Origin: a virus
Taxonomy: Duplodnaviria; Caudoviricetes
Virus record (IMG/VR): IMGVR_UViG_3300037851_000141
Coordinates: 267,850-331,849 of that record
Reading direction: 5' to 3' (one strand)
Length of the DNA: 64,000 nucleotides
Part shown: positions 60,049 to 64,000 of the stretch, one piece after another
Layout: the number at the start of each line of letters is the position of its first letter
Position numbering within the stretch: the first letter of the stretch is position 1
Translations under genes and position numbers: made by a program
Notes under the pieces: model-generated
The model's database searches: none
Seen by the model: the letters and a program-made list of their open reading frames with translations, nothing else
What the model was told of the DNA's origin: nothing

Positions 60049-61220
60049 TCAATGCCGAGGTTGGTGATTCTTACATCCAAAATCAAACTTTGTCATCATC
60101 CGAACTACCAAACCAGTATCATCCGAAACCTCAACATCGATTGCCATTGGAGTTGTGGTATTATGAGGATACTTCACATCATAGTTATCAACGCCACCAC
60201 ACTCACCATATCCTTCAATTTTCCGACTCCTACGATCTTCTTCCCAAAACCGACACGATGCACAGGATTCCATAGTTATTTCCTTATGCTTCGGATTATA
60301 TCAACACAATCACGGAGTCAAGCACGACGTTTCTTCAATTCCATACCAGCATACGATATTTCATCAGCATAGTAGCCATTGTTGGGATTGTCAGGATTGG
60401 CCTTGATTGCGGCAGAAGCATCATTCATAATATACATCAATTCAGCAACAGTCTTATTCTTGAGATTCTTCTGATATTCGGCATGATTCATTGTCTTTGT
60501 TGGGTAACTCATGCTTTGTATTATATCAACCTTTTTACCATGTCAACAACGCATTTTTACCTTGACATCATAACAATTCATAGTATAGGGAAATGGGATA
60601 AACAAAAAACCCTAAACCTTTTACAGTCTATGGTTTACGTTGTTTTCACTTGTAGGACATTTTCTCAAGGAACTCATTGGTTTGCTTCACTCCAAGATCC
60701 TGCTTTTCCGCAATCTTGGTCCAATTAGCCAACAGACCGCAAGCCTCCTTCAGATCACCGCCTGCCTTTTGTTTCTCAATCAGATTCATTAGGTCAGTAG
60801 CATCAGGAAGCCATGCGGACAGAATCGGATTACCTTCATCATTTGCCATTTGAACTCGCACCATCGCTGCCTTCAACATATCAACCAAATCCTTGAAAAT
60901 AACATCATCGGGAATGTGAACCATGATTATCGCCTTGTTATGCTTCGAATTATATTCTTATTTTCACAGAGTCAAAGGAAAATCTGACGAGCATCATTCA
61001 AGAAGATTCGCAACGACTCAATCACCTTGCCCTGCTTCTTCTTCCCACACTCCAACAACCTGCCAAAAGTCACTAACAGATTACATGCTTCATACTTACG
61101 ATTCCGAAGCATCAAATCATGAGCAACAGTCTCCAAATCAGACCGAAAAGCAATCGAACCAAAATCACCAGAAGTCAGATCCGCCAGAATGTTGTCAATC
61201 CGCATGAGAGTGTTGATCAT
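60049..61220 (-). other. four short cassette-driven CDSs (60049-60273 Cys-rich, 60318-60512, 60646-60924, 60972-61220)
   Basis: each preceded by TTGAC-N15-TATAAT; upstream stops overlap the -35 box. Confidence 0.6.
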
Positions 61221-61430
61221 GGTTTGCTTCCTTATGCTTCGGATTATATCACCAAAATTTCAATGTCAACCACCTACTTTCACCTTGACTATCTCTTATT
61301 TCATGTTAGGTCTAAAATTCTCGACTTGATAAAACGGCTAATCCTCCTGGCAACACACCAAGAGGGTTAGACGCCAGAAAGGAAAGCCACGACAGACGAA
61401 TCTTATCAACCTATCCAACCAAGTCAAGCC

Positions 61431-61793
61431 TCAATACTCACTTGTCAGCATCAGCACATTATCCACAGCAAAAAACTTGATTTCACTCACAGGACAATCA
61501 GTTGCAGCATACTCCTGACGGAACAACACACCATTGTCGCCATCAGTATAGACCACCGAAGCAGTCTTATCCGCACCAACCTTGAGAGTGATAGACACAA
61601 AAGACTCATTCCGAACCTTCTTGACACTCTTGAGAACCGCCAGAATGTCAGTCACCAGCCAGCCACAGCCATTATGATTCAGAAACTTCACGCCTTCAGT
61701 GTACCGCCAGCCACCAAACAACGGCATATTGTACAAGGTGTCGCTTCCGAAAAAATGGGCCAGATCAGAAGCGGTGAAAGTGGTGGCAGGCAT
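61431..61793 (-). CDS. DUF6876-like protein
   Basis: YTEGVKFL...GWLVTDI...QEYAATDCP pattern. Confidence 0.6.
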   Translation of the reverse strand: MPATTFTASDLAHFFGSDTLYNMPLFGGWRYTEGVKFLNHNGCGWLVTDILAVLKSVKKVRNESFVSITLKVGADKTASVVYTDGDNGVLFRQEYAATDCPVSEIKFFAVDNVLMLTSEY

Positions 61794-61955
61794 GGGTATC
61801 TCCTTGTTATGACTAGATTATATCAACACTTTCACCATGTCAACAGTCTCTTTTGCTCAACATTTACTACTTGACATGGACTCTTTTCATAATAGGCAAA
61901 TAAACAATAAAAACAAAAAACCCTGGAAGTTTTTAGGCTCCCAGGGTTTCAACTT

Positions 61956-63262
61956 TCAGTCTTGATGACAGTCTGAACACACAACATCTCCATCATCGTT
62001 GCACCCGCCGCCAGCGCGGCAATCGGTGGCTGGAAACATGGACTTGATCGCAGCAGCAACGTCAGGAAGAAGATCCTTATTGCGGATGCTAATTAGATTT
62101 GCCCCCACCATCTTAATGCCACAATGCTCGCATTCATCTAGAGTCAGGAGCGTGAGACAGTCAGCATCTACACGATGAAAAAGACGATCAACTTCCGCCC
62201 TGGCCAGGAATGACCGGAGGTTGGCGATGGTGATTCCTCGAACGTACATGGGTGTCTCCTTGATGGTTCAGATTATATGGGGTTTCTTGTCCTGTCAACG
62301 GTCTTTCTCTTCTGGCCTGTATATTCAAGCAGAGGCGCGTTCTGACAATCAAAATTTTTAGCTTGATTAAGACAGGATTCATAGTATAGCAAACAACTGA
62401 TAACAAAAATCCCACCTAACCAGTCAAGATTAGGTGGGATTCTGCTTTGTTATCAGTCAGTCCAGCAATCATCATCCAGCGCAATCATAGTCATCTTAAC
62501 TTCAATCTCGCCATCTTCCGTATGCGTAGCCACAACCTTCAACCGTCCCGTCTCACAAAAATGGAGGTTATATCCCTTTCCAATCTTCTCGTCATTCCAG
62601 ACAGCCGTGCGAACCTCCCGAATCAAACCATAAACAGTATCCCGAATTTCAGCAGCAGTAGGAACACGATACTCATTCAATGCCGGACCATATGCCCACT
62701 TATAGCCAAGAACCTCAAAAATCTTGGCAGCCTTTTCAGCAAAACCCCCAACCTTCTGCTCAAGGCCAGCAAGGCGAATCAGAATGTTGTCGCGGACGGT
62801 CATGGTCATTGTCGGCTCCTTATGCCACAGATTATATCAATCCAACTCCAATGTCAAGCACCTAACGCCCATCACCTTTTCCCATTGACATCCTACAGTT
62901 TCATAATAGGCAAATACCATATAAAAAGAGACAGGAAAACCTACCCTATCTCCTTTGTTATCAGTCTCTTACATCAACTTCGCTAACTTCGACAACCAAC
63001 GCTTGCTAACTCCACTCCTATTCAATACCATACGACCATTTTGTAAAGCACTCAAACCACCAACAGAACCACCATCCGTTCCCCAAGTACTACCAGCCCG
63101 AGTCTGTGGTGCCTCATATATCAATCCACAATCAGTTTCAGCACCAACAAACCCATTACTATCACCAACCGCAAACCTCTTGGAAAGCGTCAAAATATCG
63201 CCCCTAATTTCAATCTCAACTCCATATCCTTTCGCCTTATTGAAAAACTCGCTAGGCTCCAT
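61956..63262 (-). other. three cassette-driven hypothetical CDSs (61956-62249, 62453-62809, 62969-63262)
   Basis: each has its own promoter, GGAG RBS and terminator. Confidence 0.65.
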
Positions 63263-63423
63263 GGTATCGTCTCCTTGTTATGCTTAGATTATATCAATCC
63301 AACTCCAATGTCAAGCACCCAATCTCAAAAAACTCCCACTTGACTTCCACCTAATTCATAATAGCGACTTCATAACTATAAAAAAGAGACAGGTTTCCAC
63401 CCATCCCCTTTTATCGACTTGAC

Positions 63424-63897
63424 TTACGGATCAAGACCAGCATGTATCAACTCCCAATCACTCACATCATCAGGATCACCCTTCACCGGACCCTCCCAAT
63501 CATCACCCACCATGTCAAACTCAACCTTGTATTCATCACCCATAACTTTCTCAACTTTGACATTATCAGCCTTGAATTTGTTGTAATGACCTGGAACACG
63601 ACTCAAATACTCAACACCAGCAACAGGAGCAAACTCGGGACTCTCACCAACAGTTTCAATCACAAATTGTTCAACCGACAAACACTTGTAATCCTCCAAC
63701 ATATCAACAGGAATAACAATCGTCCCACCCATACGAACCTTGCCATATGTCAACATCACAGGAAGATCCTTCCCACTATACGCATAAGGATTCTCAGTCA
63801 TTTCCGTCTCATGACCAACCTTCTCCAAAATCTTAACAATCTTCATATCAAAAATTGCCTTAATCGCCTTATTTTCAACTTTTTTCGTGTATCCCAT
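63424..63897 (-). CDS. hypothetical protein
   Basis: promoter cassette + AGGAG RBS. Confidence 0.65.
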   Translation of the reverse strand: MGYTKKVENKAIKAIFDMKIVKILEKVGHETEMTENPYAYSGKDLPVMLTYGKVRMGGTIVIPVDMLEDYKCLSVEQFVIETVGESPEFAPVAGVEYLSRVPGHYNKFKADNVKVEKVMGDEYKVEFDMVGDDWEGPVKGDPDDVSDWELIHAGLDP

Positions 63898-64000
63898 AGC
63901 TATCTCCTATGTCCTAGATTATATCAACCACCCAACAGAGTCAATAACCAACTTTCCTCTTGATCTGGACTCTTTTCATAGTATAGACTCAAAAAAAAAA

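Larger units (their letters stand above)
35300..63950 (-). promoter_or_regulatory. array of at least 40 class I early promoter cassettes TTGAC(T/A)-N15/16-TATAAT-N~12-AAGGAG
   Basis: e.g. 50826-50852, 51823-51849, 52621-52647, 55440-55466, 56982-57008; scattered copies also at 14-24 kb. Confidence 0.85.
32890..63990. promoter_or_regulatory. about 21 copies of a class II motif TTG(A/C)NN-N9-TTCAT(A/G)NTA
   Basis: + strand at 36819, 38989, 43629, 46225, 48619, 50144, 54125, 58090, 58829, 59603, 60562, 61285, 61871, 62363, 62885, 63340, 63960; - strand near 32.9 kb (x2), 41.09 kb and 52.91 kb. Confidence 0.8.

Noticed and set aside
1-64000. Alternative genetic code (TAG or TGA reassigned)
   Set aside because: Genes with known motifs are full length in code 11, ORFs tile densely and all three stops are used; only one isolated internal TAA was seen
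63991-64000. Poly-A at the window end as a genome terminus
   Set aside because: Matches the A-run that follows other class II motif copies; the window simply ends there

Overview
This 64-kb window looks like part of a large lytic dsDNA phage genome (T4-like or jumbo). It is AT-rich, densely packed with short ORFs in standard code 11, and carries rIIA/rIIB, two RNA ligases, T4-type TATAAATA late promoters and dozens of sigma70-like early promoter cassettes. No core replication or capsid genes are visible, so this is an accessory/host-takeover arm. Recognisable products: macrodomain, an HGT-type ADP-ribosyltransferase-like protein, radical SAM enzyme, MnmA, Rnl1, Rnl2, a polynucleotide-kinase-like P-loop protein, a zinc deaminase, Gp88-like, HNH, DUF932, two DNA adenine methyltransferase/restriction-like loci, Lar-like proteins and H-NS-like DNA-binding repeats. 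Most unusual signals: (1) a tRNA-Arg(UCU) gene whose anticodon loop is interrupted at 36/37 by a complete 48-nt mini-tRNA ending in CCA, while a tRNA-Lys(UUU) carries a group I intron at the same position; (2) about 22 short, otherwise divergent ORFs sharing a protein-level C-terminal tag K[VIL]NKx[SA][VI]Lx[SG]L[KQR], clustered around a sharp G/C-skew switch near 31.85 kb; (3) a minus-strand ncRNA island at 46.3-46.95 kb with a duplicated pseudoknotted RNA and a 146-nt tRNA-like RNA; (4) a ~230-nt structured RNA directly after a coiled-coil gene; (5) a second repeated promoter-like motif facing short terminator-ended units. All calls were made by eye without searches, counts are manual, and several very small hypothetical ORFs are not itemised.
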